From Dictyostelium discoideum (Eukaryota): a stretch of DNA of 64,000 nucleotides. The notes beneath the pieces are model-generated. The model searched no databases, was not told the origin of the DNA, and worked only from the letters and a program-made list of their open reading frames with translations. The stretch covers positions 5,440,001 through 5,504,000 of the forward strand of contig CM000152.2 in the NCBI GenBank assembly GCA_000004695.1. Direction: 5' to 3'. Every line of letters begins with the position of its first letter. The stretch's first letter is position 1. A program made the translations under genes and the position numbers. Positions 45,189 through 57,710 of this stretch are shown piece by piece.

Positions 45189-46044
45189 TTAGAAACCAAA
45201 GTATCTTGATTTTCTTGGGCAATCTCTATTCCAACCTTCTTGACAAAGTGGAGTGACACCCCATTTGGAACCAGTGCTACATAATGATGGGAAGAAGACG
45301 TCGGTTTCTTCTTGGAGTACACCACCAATGACAACAGTGTTCTTGTTAATACCATAACCTAATTTGAAGATTTCAACAGCATCCATTGGTAATTGGTTGA
45401 AACAACGTTCACAATACATGTTAGAGACATAGGAAGCAAAGATAACTTTATCGAATTTAGCCCACATGATTGCAGCAGAGCACATTGGGCATGGTTCACC
45501 GGTGGTGTACAAGTAATAACCTTCCCAGGTGGTCTTACCATAAAGTTCTGAACAATTTAAAATAGCACGGATCTCACCATGTAAAATTGCAGATGTTTGG
45601 CCAGTATTTACACCAGTACACATTAAAGTACCATTGGAGTGGAAGATGGCAGCACCGAATTTTTGGTTAATTGCTTTGGTTACATCGATTGCAACTCTCA
45701 TATTGGTTTCATGGAAGACTTTATCGGCTGGTGATAAATCTTCAGCTTTAATTAAATCAGCCTAAAATAAATAAATTTTTAAAAAATTAAAAATGTTAAT
45801 AAAAATAAAAAAATAATTTATTTCCAATAGGAAAAAAAAAAAAGTAAACTGTTTTAAAGTAAACTGTATAAAAAAAAAAGTAAACTGTTTAAAAAAAAAA
45901 AAAAGTAAACTGTTTAAAAAAAAAAAAACTTACTGGTGCAACTGGGAAGTATGGAGATTTTGGACAGTTATTGTCACGGTGAGCTAAAGCGGAAGTTGCA
46001 AGAGCAAAGATAACTAAAATGATTGATAATAAGTTTAATCTCAT
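45189..46044 (-). CDS. Secreted cytidine/deoxycytidylate-deaminase-fold (CDA/TadA-like) zinc deaminase; exons 46044..45934 (signal peptide) and 45761..45189; intron 45933..45762
   Basis: The zinc-binding motifs are HGEIRAI (H[AC/G]E) and PCPMCSAAI (PCxxC). The upstream exon MRLNLLSIILVIFALATSALAHRDNNCPKSPYFPVAP ends |GTAAGT. The acceptor TTTTAG|GCTGAT is in frame. The C-terminal tail is Cys-rich (LCSTGSKWGVTPLCQEGWNRDC). Confidence 0.75.
45831..45928. repeat. Tandem repeat (A)n-GTAAACTGTTT, 4 copies, inside the deaminase gene intron
   Basis: gtaaactgt occurs at 45844, 45859, 45880 and 45905, each copy preceded by an A-run. Confidence 0.8.
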
Positions 46045-46221
46045 TTTTTGGATGATTGGAAATTATTGATAATTATTTGAAATAGGATACAAGTACAGTT
46101 TATGAAAAAAAAAAAAAGGTAATAATACAATATTGTAATGATAAAAAATGTAATGATATAATGATTTGATTTGTACAAAATTTATTTTCTTTTATACTTT
46201 TTTTTTTTAATGTTTTTTTCA

Positions 46222-46261
<40 letters not shown>

Positions 46262-47001
46262 TGTAAATTTCGAGTAATGTGCACAATCATAATATTTTTT
46301 AGTGATTGACACAAAACACTGACAATGAAAAATATCTTTAAAATTAGTTGAAAAAGAGTATTGTGATATTCGTTTTAGTATTCTTTTTCTTTGCAAAATT
46401 TTTTTTTTTTTAATATCTCTCACTCGCTGATTGCTCCAATCGATACGAATCTTTTGATGTATATCTATATTTTTTGAAAAAAAATAAATAAACTGTCCAA
46501 TCAAAAGATTTTAAGAACGAGCGTTCGTTTTTGTTATTAGAATGATTTATTAGACGACACTTTGCAAAGAATCTGGAAAATTGGAGAAAAAAAAAAAAAA
46601 AAAATTAAAAATAAAATAAAATGATTTTAAAAATATTTTCAAAATAAAAAGGACTATTAATCTCTAATTGGTCCAATATTTAATAAAAAAAAAAAAAAAA
46701 AAAATATCTGAAAGTGTTTGAAAAAAAAAAAAAAAAGACGATAAATTTTTTAAAAATGCAACCAATCAAATTTATCCAATTATTTTCATTTTTTTCGTAT
46801 TTTATTTATATTTTTTTATTTATTTTTTCCTTACAAAGCACCCCAATGGCATCATCTTTATCTTTTTGTCTTGCACAGAAATTTTTTTTTTTTTTATTTT
46901 TTTTTTTAAACCATTGAAAAGAAGGAATGTATATTAGTAAAAAAAATTAAAAAAAAACTTTGTGCAATATGTTAATTTGAAGACATGTCTATTATGAACT
47001 G

Positions 47002-47038
<37 letters not shown>

Positions 47039-47366
47039 CTGATTTCCATAGGCCTAGAACTATAATAAAAAAAAAAAAAAAAAATCTTAAACCGTCTAAA
47101 ACTTTTTGATAAGAAAAAAAAAAATAAAAAAATAATAAATAAATAAAAAAAATATTGAAAAGTTTTTTTTTTTTTGTTATCATCTTATTTTAAAAAGACC
47201 TTTTTTTTCCTTTTTTTTTTTTTTTTTTTATAGAAAAATAGAAAACTTAAGATTTTTAAAAACTATATAACTAGATATATATAAAAAAAAAAAAAAATTT
47301 TTTTTTTTTTTTTTCTTTCCAAAAATAAAATATAACAAAAAAAAATCGGGTGATAGTTTTTTTAAA

Positions 47367-49804
47367 ATGAAAATTAAAAATTTTATTTATTTTTTAATAT
47401 ATTTTATATTTTTATTTAAAGTTATAAATGGACAAAATAAAACATGTAAAATTTCAGTACTTTTATCTGGTGATAAATCAGATCTTGGTTATAATTATAT
47501 GATGAATGAAGCAAGAGTTTTAGCCGAAAGTCAATTACATATGTATCCATTTTCAATTTATTATGAACATTTGGAAGAATCAACTTTAGAAGCTGAACAT
47601 GCTATTCAAGATTCAGTTGATAAAGGTGCAAATTTAATAGTTGTTTCATCAGTAATTCATTTTTCATTGGGTGTAAAATATGCAACAAAGTATAAGGATG
47701 AACCAATTTATTGGATTATTAGAGGTAGTAAATTAGTACCAACTTTACCAAAAGTTGTAATTTTAAATTTTAATTCATTCGAACTTCATTATCTTTTGGG
47801 TTATTATGCTGGTCTTGCAACAAAAACTGGTGTAGTTGGTTTCGTTTCACCAGGTATTGGAATTAATACATTATCATGTGATAATAGTTTTTATATTGGT
47901 GCTAAATATGCTAGATCAAATATTACATTCCTTGACATTCATACTGGTTCATGGTATAATCCAGAAGTTTCTTATAAAGCAGCTCAAAAATTAATTGAAA
48001 ATGGTGCAGATGTAATTGGTATGTCTCAAGACGATATGTCCGTTCAAAAAGCTATTATGGATTCCGGTGGTCTTGGTCTTGGTGTTACTGGTTATCCTGG
48101 TCATTATCAATTTGGTTCAGATGTTGCTTATAGTTATTTAACCAATTGGACAAATCTTTTCATCACTTATGCAAACCACGTTATCAATGATGATTGGCCA
48201 GCATTTGATTCATTTTTTACAAATTTATCAAGAAAAGATGCAATCTTTATGGATGATTTTAGTTTTAGAGTACCAATTGATATTCAAACAAAAACTAAAA
48301 TTGAATTAGAAAATTTAATGAATACTTCATATGCACCATATAAATCTGATCCAATTCTTGAATCAATTGGTTTACAATTTTCTGGTAATTGGATTAATGA
48401 TACTCAATTTAGAGCAAATACTAAAATTTTACCATCATATGGTGATTCAACTGTAATTTATTTTGGTTTATATACAATTCCAATTGAATTTGTAAAGTAT
48501 AATTAATTTTTTATAAAAAAAAAAATAAAAAATAATAATAATAATTTATTAATATATAATTTTTTTTTTTTTTTTAGGTTGATTATCCAGAATCATTAAA
48601 AATTGGTGTTACAGTTGTTTCAGGATTTTGTATATTTTTATGTTTAATTTCAATGATAATTGTTATTAAATTTAAAGAAGCAAAAGTTATTAAATCATCA
48701 AGTCCAATATTTTGTTTATTAATTTTATTTGGTTGTATTGTAATTTTTGTTGGGTGTATAATGTTTGCAAGATCACCAACCGATGGTAGTTGTCGTAGTA
48801 GAGTTTGGTTATTAAGTTTGGGGTATACAATTTTCTTGGGTAATTTAATGGTAAAGAATTGGAGAATTTGGTTATTATTTGATAATCCAAAATTAAAGAA
48901 ACGTGCAATTACAAATTGGAAATTATATCCATGGGTAAGTGGTATTGTTATAATTGATATTGTAATTCTCTCAATTTGGCAAGCATTGGGTGATATTGTA
49001 GCTGAATCTAGAACTGGTATTGACTCATTAACAAAATATGAATATAGAAATGTTTGTGCATCAAGTGATCAAGGTTCAATTGCACTTTATTTGCTATTGG
49101 TATTCCATGGTTTAATTCTATTGGTTGCATGTTTTATTTCATTTAAAATTAAAGTTGTCGATATTGAAGAATTTAATGAATCAAAACCAATTACTACCAG
49201 TGTTTATATTATCACATTTTGTTTATTCATTGTAATTCCAATTATGGTTTCGTCACCAACCGTTACAACTCAAACTACAATCATTTGTATTTGTGCTTTA
49301 ATTACAACAATGTTAAGTATCATTCTATTGTTTGGTACTAAATTCTTTAAAATGATAACAGTTGGTTTAGAACTTGGTCAAACTTTTGTAACAAGTACAA
49401 AATCTTCATCACATTCTCAAAGAACAAAATCTTCCAAATCTTCAAATGGTTCTGGTCCAAAAATTAATGGTTTCGGTGGTAATGTTTTAAATCTTGATGA
49501 TGATTCCGATGAAATATCTTCTGAAAAAGAAAAAAAGAAACCAATTGAATCAAATCCAAAAGATCATATGGCTGTTTTTACAAGTGATGAAGAAACAAGT
49601 AAAGCAAGTAAATTTAGTTCTGAACAATTTAGTAGAGAACAAATAAATGATAATATTATTCTTGAAAATAATAATGATAATGAAGAAAAACAAAAAGATG
49701 AAGAAGAAATAAAAGAAGAAAAACTTTTAGTATCAGAAATTCAAGCAAAGAGATTATCACTTGAACAAAATGGTCAAACTGAAATTGATTCGAATGATGT
49801 TTAA
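47367..49804 (+). CDS. Family-C (metabotropic glutamate/GABA-B-like) GPCR of the Dictyostelium Grl type: N-terminal periplasmic-binding-protein (BMP-like) domain plus 7TM; exons 47367..48491 and 48578..49804
   Basis: A signal peptide is followed by a PBP-like ectodomain (ISVLLSGDKSDLGYNYMMNEARV...). After the intron (GTAAAG...TTTTAG, 86 nt) come seven hydrophobic helices (IFCLLILFGCIVIFVGCIMFA ... WLLSLGYTIFLGNLMVKNWRIW ...). The C-terminal tail is acidic and Ser-rich. Confidence 0.75.
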
Positions 49805-49816
49805 ATTAATGATATC

Positions 49817-49854
<38 letters not shown>

Positions 49855-49896
49855 AAAAAAATATATATATATACATGATTTAATTTTATAGAACCT

Positions 49897-49932
<36 letters not shown>

Positions 49933-50055
49933 ATAATAATGTGTTTTTAATGTAATAATAGTAGTTCAAAATTTTATAACAATAAAAATAGTTTATAATT
50001 TATATATATAATATATTTTAATTAACAATTTATATATTAAATCCTACACTAGTGT

Positions 50056-50108
<53 letters not shown>

Positions 50109-50515
50109 TATCATTTATTTAAACATCATTCACTTATATTTTGAAAAAAATTAAAGGGGGTTTTTTGTTTGGAAAAAAAAATTTGAGAATGAAAATTCTT
50201 TATAATTTTCCAGTGAAACCATTTCTATATTTTAATCTCTGTTTTTTTTTTATTTATTTATTTTTATATTTTTTTTTTTTTTTTTTTGTGTCACCACAAG
50301 AGCCATATCCATTTGCTTGAGAGATATTTTGAATAAAAAGTAATTATTTTTAAAATTTTTATTTTTTTTTTAAATTTTTTTTTTTTTTATTTTTTTTTTT
50401 TTTTTTCAAAATTCTTTTTTTCTTTTTTTTTTTTTTTTTTTTTATTTTTTTTTTTTTTTATTTTCATTTTAATAATTCGCACAAAAAAAAAAAAAAAAAA
50501 AAAAGTAATAAAAAA

Positions 50516-51077
50516 ATGTCAATTAAATCAATCACAGCCTTAATTTTTGTTGTTTTATGTATTGCAATTTCAAGTGCCGATATTTGGAGCTATTGTCCAG
50601 GAAATATTGATGCAACTTTTACAATTGATACACTCACAGTTTCACCAGATCCACCATTAATTGGTAAAGCAGCTTTCGTCAAATTAGCAGGTTCTTTAAG
50701 TGATGAAGTTACTGAAGGTGAATCAGTCTTTAGTCTCCAATATTACATTGATGGTGCTTGGAGAAATCTTCCAACTTTCAAAAACGATGTTTGCAAATTA
50801 CTCTCTTGTCCAGTTCAACCAGGTCCACTCGTTTTTAACACTACTATTAATGTCCCATTCATTACTCCACCAGTAAGTTTTTAAAATCTAAACACTTTTT
50901 TTGTTTTTCTTTTCTTCTTTTCTTTTACTACAAATAATATTCAAATTACTAATAAAAAAAAAAAAAATTAAATTAAATTAACAGGGTCAATATCAAGGTA
51001 CTCTTCAATTAACTGACCAAAATAACAAAAACATCTCATGTTTAACTTTTGCAACCACCTTAGCTTATTCAATCTAA
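50516..51077 (+). CDS. ML-domain (MD-2-related lipid recognition, Npc2-like) secreted protein, copy 1; exons 50516..50872 and 50985..51077
   Basis: There is a signal peptide and the conserved Cys pattern (YCPG...CKLLSCPVQPGP...SC). The intron is GTAAGT...TTAACAG (112 nt). Confidence 0.75.
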
Positions 51078-51512
51078 AGGAATTCCAAAATAAATATTTA
51101 TTTACTGAAAAAAAAAAAAAAAAAAAATCAAAACAAACAAAACCTCAACATTGTTGAGTCGACTCCAAAGTTTCTTAAGTATTTATAGTTTTTTATAATA
51201 AATTAGTTTTTGGGGTTCTCATTAAAAAAAAAAAAAAAAAAAAAAAACAGATTTAAAATTATTTTATTTTTCTTTTGTGGTGAAAAAAAAAAAAAAAAAA
51301 AAAAAAAGATAAATCTTACAAGATGGGTGTTTTTTTAATTATTTTAATTTTGATTATTTGTTTTAAATATTTTTTAAATTAAAAAAAAAAAAAAAAAAAA
51401 AACAAAAAAAAAAAAAACCCTTTAAAAATTGAAATTGGATATTAGAGATTTACTATTTAAAGTTAATCAACAATTTATAAAAATGCATTTATAATTATTC
51501 TAACCCTCTCTG

Positions 51513-51695
51513 GTTTTTTTTTTTTTATTTTTAATATGATTCAATTTTTTTTATTATTTTTATTATTTATTTTTATTATTTTATAATATTTATTATTTTT
51601 TTTTTTTTATTTTTAATATGATTCAATTTTTTTTATTATTTTTATTATTTATTTTTATTATTTTATAATATTTATTATTTTTTTTTTTTTTTTAA
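51513..51695. repeat. Direct tandem duplication of an ~84-bp AT-rich unit in the spacer between the ML-domain paralogs
   Basis: The unit tttttatttttaatatgattcaattttttttattatttttattatttatttttattattttataatatttattatttttt appears twice in a row. Confidence 0.85.
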
Positions 51696-51824
51696 TTTTG
51701 AATAATAATTTTTTTTTTTTTTCTTTTTCTTTTTTTTTTTTTATTATATTTATTTTCTATACATATAAAAAAAAAAATTTAATAATTATTAAAAATAAAT
51801 AATCAAAATAAAAAAAATAAAAAA

Positions 51825-52262
51825 ATGATAAAAACTATATTATTATTATTAATAAATTTTATGTTAATTTTGATTGTAAATGGTGATATATGGAATTATT
51901 GTGACGGTAATATTAATCCAACATTTAAAATTAATAAACTTACATTATTACCAGATCCACCATTAGTTGGAAAAGAAGTTACAATAAGTTTAGAAGGATC
52001 ATTAAATGAACAAATAACATCAGGTTCATCAATATTTAATGTTGCATTCTTTATTAATGGTGGTTGGCGTCAACTTCCAACATTCCATAATGATATTTGT
52101 AAAGTTTTAAGTTGTCCAGTTTCTGCAGGTCCATTCACTTATTCAACTTCTATTAAAGTTCCAATCTTCACTCCACATGGTCAATATAAAGGTCAATTAA
52201 CATTAACTGATCAATCAAATAGAAATGTTACTTGTCTTACTTTTCAAACTTATTTAAAATAA
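51825..52262 (+). CDS. ML-domain (Npc2-like) secreted protein, copy 2; intronless paralog
   Basis: It encodes 145 aa with the same Cys framework (YCDG...CKVLSCPVSAGP...TCLTF). It is about 40% identical to copy 1, and it is continuous across the position where copy 1 has its intron (FTPH-GQYKG). Confidence 0.8.
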   Translation: MIKTILLLLINFMLILIVNGDIWNYCDGNINPTFKINKLTLLPDPPLVGKEVTISLEGSLNEQITSGSSIFNVAFFINGGWRQLPTFHNDICKVLSCPVSAGPFTYSTSIKVPIFTPHGQYKGQLTLTDQSNRNVTCLTFQTYLK

Positions 52263-52419
52263 TTTAAAAAATAATAAAATAATAAAATAATAAAATTAAA
52301 TATACATATAAATAAAAAAACATACTAAAAAAAAATTTAACAATTAAATAGAAATAAATAAAAAAAATATAAAATCAAAATATATAAATAAAAATTATTA
52401 TAATTAATATTATTTTAGT

Positions 52420-52462
<43 letters not shown>

Positions 52463-52545
52463 ATTTTGTTTTATGACTTTATATATATATTTTTTTTTTT
52501 TTTTTATACTTTTATTTATTTATCATTATTATTTTTTTTATTTAT

Positions 52546-52846
52546 TTAAGAAACAATACGCTTTTTATTTTGAAAATCACTATCAATTACAATATCAGGA
52601 CTAAAAGGTGTTTGAAATGATAATTGTGAAGAATGGTGAGATGAACTGAATGGGGCTTCAATTGTATTAAAATCTGAAAAGAAATCATTATTTTGTTGAA
52701 CTACCATTGATGAATTATTAATTTGATTGATTGGTTGATCAACATCATCTCTTTTTCTTTTCATTGATGAGGTACTACTTGGTGAATTCATTATATCCAT
52801 CATCATACCAAATTCAAATCCTTGAGTTAATGTATTATGTTGATGG

Positions 52847-52882
<36 letters not shown>

Positions 52883-53010
52883 ATTTGTGTTGGTGAATTT
52901 CCACTTTTTTTACTATCTACAATTGGTTTCACTTGAATCTCTTCTTTATCTTGTTGAATTTGTGTTTGTGTTTCTAAATCTGATGTTTGGACTTGAATCA
53001 TAAAATCTTC

Positions 53011-53095
<85 letters not shown>

Positions 53096-55258
53096 GGTGG
53101 TTGTTGTTTTGAATGTACATTTTCTTCTTTTACCTCTTTATTTTGTTGTTGTTGATGATTTTCATCTAAAAGTTCCAAAGAAATAACTGGATCAATTACA
53201 ATATCTAACATAGGTGTTGTATTAGAATTGATAGTTGAGGATGTAGAAGTTGTTGGAGTGATACTATTTATTGTTGTGGTTGTTGTTGTTATAGTTGGAG
53301 GTGATGTTGTTGTTGTTATAGTTGGAGGTGATGTTGTTGTTGTTATAGTTGGAGGTGATGTTGTTTTTGTTGTTGTAGTTGTAGTTGTAATTGTTGGTGG
53401 TGATATAATAGTTGGTGTTGTGGTTGGAATTGTATTTGTTATTGTTTGTGGAGTTGAGGTAGTTGATGTTGTTGGTGGCATAACTGTAGTTATTGGTAAA
53501 TTTTTATCATCACTACTAATAGTAGCTGTATCATCATAAGAACTATTATCAAAAGTAAAAGAATCATCAATATATGAACCTAAACTATCCATATTAATTT
53601 CAATTGGAAAATTCATAGAATTATCAGGTTCTAATTTAAGTTCCATATCAATTACATCTTGTTGTTCAGGTGATGAATTATTTGAATTATTTGTTGAATT
53701 TGGGACACTTGATGTGTTGTTGTTATTATTATTATTAATAATATTATTAGTACTATTGGTAGTAGTACTACTATTATTATTATTAGTAGTACTATTGTTG
53801 CTGCTGTTGTTGCTATTTAAACTATTTGATTGATCATTACTATTTATAATTTGTGAGTCACTACTTGATAAATATTTATTTTTATTTTTTTCAGGTGTAT
53901 CTGGAAATGGAATTGTATTTGATAAAAAACTTAAAAGATAATTAAGTTGTGCTTCATTTACTAAACCATTCTTCCAATCTAATTTATCCTGATTTGATCT
54001 ACTATCCATATCTTTATACATATTATCTAATTTTAATCTTTCTGTTATCTAATAAAATAAATAAATACATATATATATATATTAATAAAAATATATTTTT
54101 TTTTTTTTTTTTTTTTTTTTATATATATATATATTTTACTCTTGTTGTTTTTTTATTTGCAACTAATCTTCTTAAAGCATCTAATATTAAACGACCCCAA
54201 GTTGGATTATTTTTAGAGGAAGGTTCATCATGAATAATTGGGATATCGAGAATGTATTCTAAACTACTCGGTATTTCTGCGCCCCTATTATTCGACATTA
54301 CTGATGGATTGGTTGGTATTTTATGATAGGTACGAGTTGCAGATTTTATATATTTATCTTCTGGACCTAAAAACATTTGATTAGGATTAAATGGTAATAC
54401 TTGATCCATTGTATAGGCTGTTGGTAATAATTTACTAGAATTTGATAATGATGATTTCTCATTATCAGTTCCACTATCATCACCTTTATTTGGTGTTGTA
54501 TTTTCTTTATTTTTTGTAGAATTGGTTGTTGGTGTTGATGGTGTTGATGATGATGATGTTGTTGATGATGATGTTTGTGAATTGCTATTTGATTTTGATC
54601 TAGGTTTTGATTTTGGTTTTGTAGTTGGAGTAGTGGAAGTTGTTGGTAATGATGATGTTGATGAGGATAATGAATTTGAAGTTGTTATATTATTATTTGA
54701 TGATGCTAGAGTATTTGATGATTGTGTTAAAGTTGAAGGAGATGATTTATTTAATGGATTTGTTGTTGTTGTTGTTGTTGTGGTTATTGGAATACCACCA
54801 TTGTTAAGTGGTGATGGTTTTGGTTTTATTTGAATTTGTGGTTGAATTGGCATACTATTTACCATTGCTCTACTCATAGTTTGTTGTTGTGGTGATGGTC
54901 CAATGATTGCACCAGTTGGAGAAGTTCTAACAAAGCCACCACTTATTGGTCCACGTGGACCCATTGTACTATATGGTGGTGGTTTAGCTGTTATAGAATT
55001 AATTGGAACCAATGGTTTTACTGCTAATCCTGCACAACATTTACCTTGACAAGGAACTCTCTGTATATTTTGTTGTGATTGTGATTGTTGTTGTGATGAA
55101 CTCATAGGTTGTTTTGATACCATTCCAACCATTGGTGATCTATTGATTGTTAATGGTGTGCCAACTCTATACTGTGTTTGTTGTTGTTGTTGATAAATTA
55201 CACCTGGTTGTGGTTTATAATTTGATTGTTGAGGTAAAGGAGCTGTACGATTTATATT

Positions 55259-55310
<52 letters not shown>

Positions 55311-55583
55311 GGATTTATGGTACGATTTACATTTACTTGTTGTGATTGATTTGGTTGTTGCTGTGGTACTGATTGCTGAATTGTTTGTTGTGGTATTGAT
55401 TGTTGTGGTACTGATTGTTGTGGTATTGTTTGTTGTGATTGTGGCTTTTGTTTTAAACTTGGATTACTATTCGTTATAACTAATTTAAGAGGTGGTGCAG
55501 CTCTTGGTTTTGCTGTATTATTGTTTATATTTGATTGTTGAGTTTGAGTTGGTTGTTGTATTGTTGATGATTTTGCTTGATTT
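52546..55583 (-). CDS. Q/T/S/N-rich low-complexity (probably nuclear) protein, 5' end lost in assembly gap; exons >55583..54140 and 54048..52546; intron 54139..54049
   Basis: The two minus-strand ORFs are joined by GTAAAA...TTATTAG, with both exons in phase 0 (...ANKKTTR|ITERLKLDNMYKD...). There are long poly-Q and poly-T runs (TTTTSPPTITTTT repeats) and a KRKRDD stretch. The ORF runs into the N-gap, so the 'MKKKKKXXXX' in the ORF track is an artefact. Confidence 0.6.
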
Positions 55584-55683
55584 NNNNNNNNNNNNNNNNN
55601 NNNNNNNNNNNNNNNNNNNNNNNNNNNNNNNNNNNNNNNNNNNNNNNNNNNNNNNNNNNNNNNNNNNNNNNNNNNNNNNNNNN
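55584..55683. other. Assembly gap (100 N)
   Basis: There is a run of exactly 100 N characters. It is flanked by coding sequence on one side and poly-T on the other. Confidence 0.99.
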
Positions 55684-56379
55684 TTTTTTTTTTTTTTTTT
55701 TTCAATAATTAATAAAATAAATAAATATTAAAAAAAAAAAAAAATTTTAAGATTCAAAATCATCAAATTTAAAAAAAAAAAAAACTTATTTTAATCTTGT
55801 TATTATATAACCAACCAACCATTATTTTTATATAATTTTATTAAATTTTTTTTTTTTTATCCCATTTATTTGTTTAAAAAAAAAAAAAAAAAAAAAGATA
55901 GTAAGTATTAACTTCTTAATAATTGAAATAAATTATTTTTTTTAAAAAGAAAAACAAAAAAAAAATTAAACAAAAAATGTTATCAAATATTATTATTCTT
56001 TACATTTACTTTTATTATTATTATTAGTAGTAATTTTTTTTTTTTTTTTTTTTTTTTAATTATTTCTTTTTTTCATGTTTTAATTTGATTTATTTTTTTT
56101 TTTTTTTTTTTTTTAATATTTAAATAATAATAAAATCTTCCCTCCAATTGTTATTTTATTAAAAAATCTACCTCAAAATATATATATTTGCAAAAATAAA
56201 AAAAAACCCCTTTGCGTACATATTTATAAATAAATTTATTATTTGTATAAATTTAGTATAATACACAACAAGCATTACCACTAATATAATAGTGGAAATA
56301 ATATTTATATAATATTCGACCATCTCAAATCCTTTAATTGTATAACAGCAATTAATTTTTTAAAATTTTAAGATTTTAT

Positions 56380-56422
<43 letters not shown>

Positions 56423-56511
56423 TATATTATTTATTATTTTATAATTTTTTTTTAAAACATGTAGAATTAATATTTAACCCCTCATCCTTTCGATTTTTTT
56501 CATTGTTTAAA

Positions 56512-56556
<45 letters not shown>

Positions 56557-57175
56557 GAAATTAATAATTTGTTTTTTTTTTTTTAATTTTTAAAGAAAAC
56601 ATCATAATGGGGCCCAAAAATGAGTACAAACACACCAATTTTTTTATAGTTAATTAATTTGATCTCACAATATATTGTTAGTTAAAAAAAAAAATAATAA
56701 TTTAAACTCTTTATATTTGAGTGTGTGTGTTTTTTGGTTTATTTTTTAATTTTTTAAATTTAAATTTTTTGTGGTTTTTTTTTTAAATTTAAATTTTGTG
56801 TGAATGTGTGTTTGCCATCCATTCAATTAATTTCTCATTTTCATTCATCAAAAATTAGTTTATTTTTGTCAAATTTATTACACAACAACTACAACAACAC
56901 CCCACCTCAAATTTTAACCACTCAAAAAAATAAAAAAAAAAAAAAAAAATACACCTTGTTTTTATTTTTTTCTCTCTACCACAATTACTCCTAACAAACA
57001 CTAAATTTAAAAAAAATAGCATCATACAGTACTGTAGAAGCAGGCATATAGTATTGTTAAATTTAATTAATTGTAATTTGAGATTGTTTGTTGTTTTGTT
57101 ATTGTTATCATTTGATTTGGAGTTTTGTTTTTTATATTCATTTTATTTTATATTTTATTAATTTTATTTTATTAA

Positions 57176-57176
57176 T

Positions 57177-57270
<94 letters not shown>
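57176..57270. repeat. (TTTA)n microsatellite followed by a poly-T tract
   Basis: There are about 14 TTTA units followed by about 35 T. Confidence 0.9.
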
Positions 57271-57271
<1 letters not shown>

Positions 57272-57429
57272 TTTACTATTTATAAGTTTTAAAAAAAAAA
57301 AATATAAATATACATTTATCATTTCAACTAATAATAAATAATAATTATAACCAATTATAAGTCCTTGCACGTGGTTTCCAAATAAAAAAAAAATATATTA
57401 TATTTAGTATTATTAAAAATTTAATTTTA

Positions 57430-57475
<46 letters not shown>

Positions 57476-57710
57476 ATTCTCAATAATTAATTTTCTTCTT
57501 ATTATTATTTTTCTTATTTTTATTATTTTTTTTTATAAAATTCAAATAATTTCAAATAATTTTCATTTTTTATAAAATCATTTATTTTATTTTATTTTAT
57601 ATATTTATTTATTTATTTATTGTATTTATTTATTGTATTTATTTAATTATTAAATTCAATATTAACATTTTTGTACATAATTTTCTTTAAATTGAATTAT
57701 TAGAATACCA

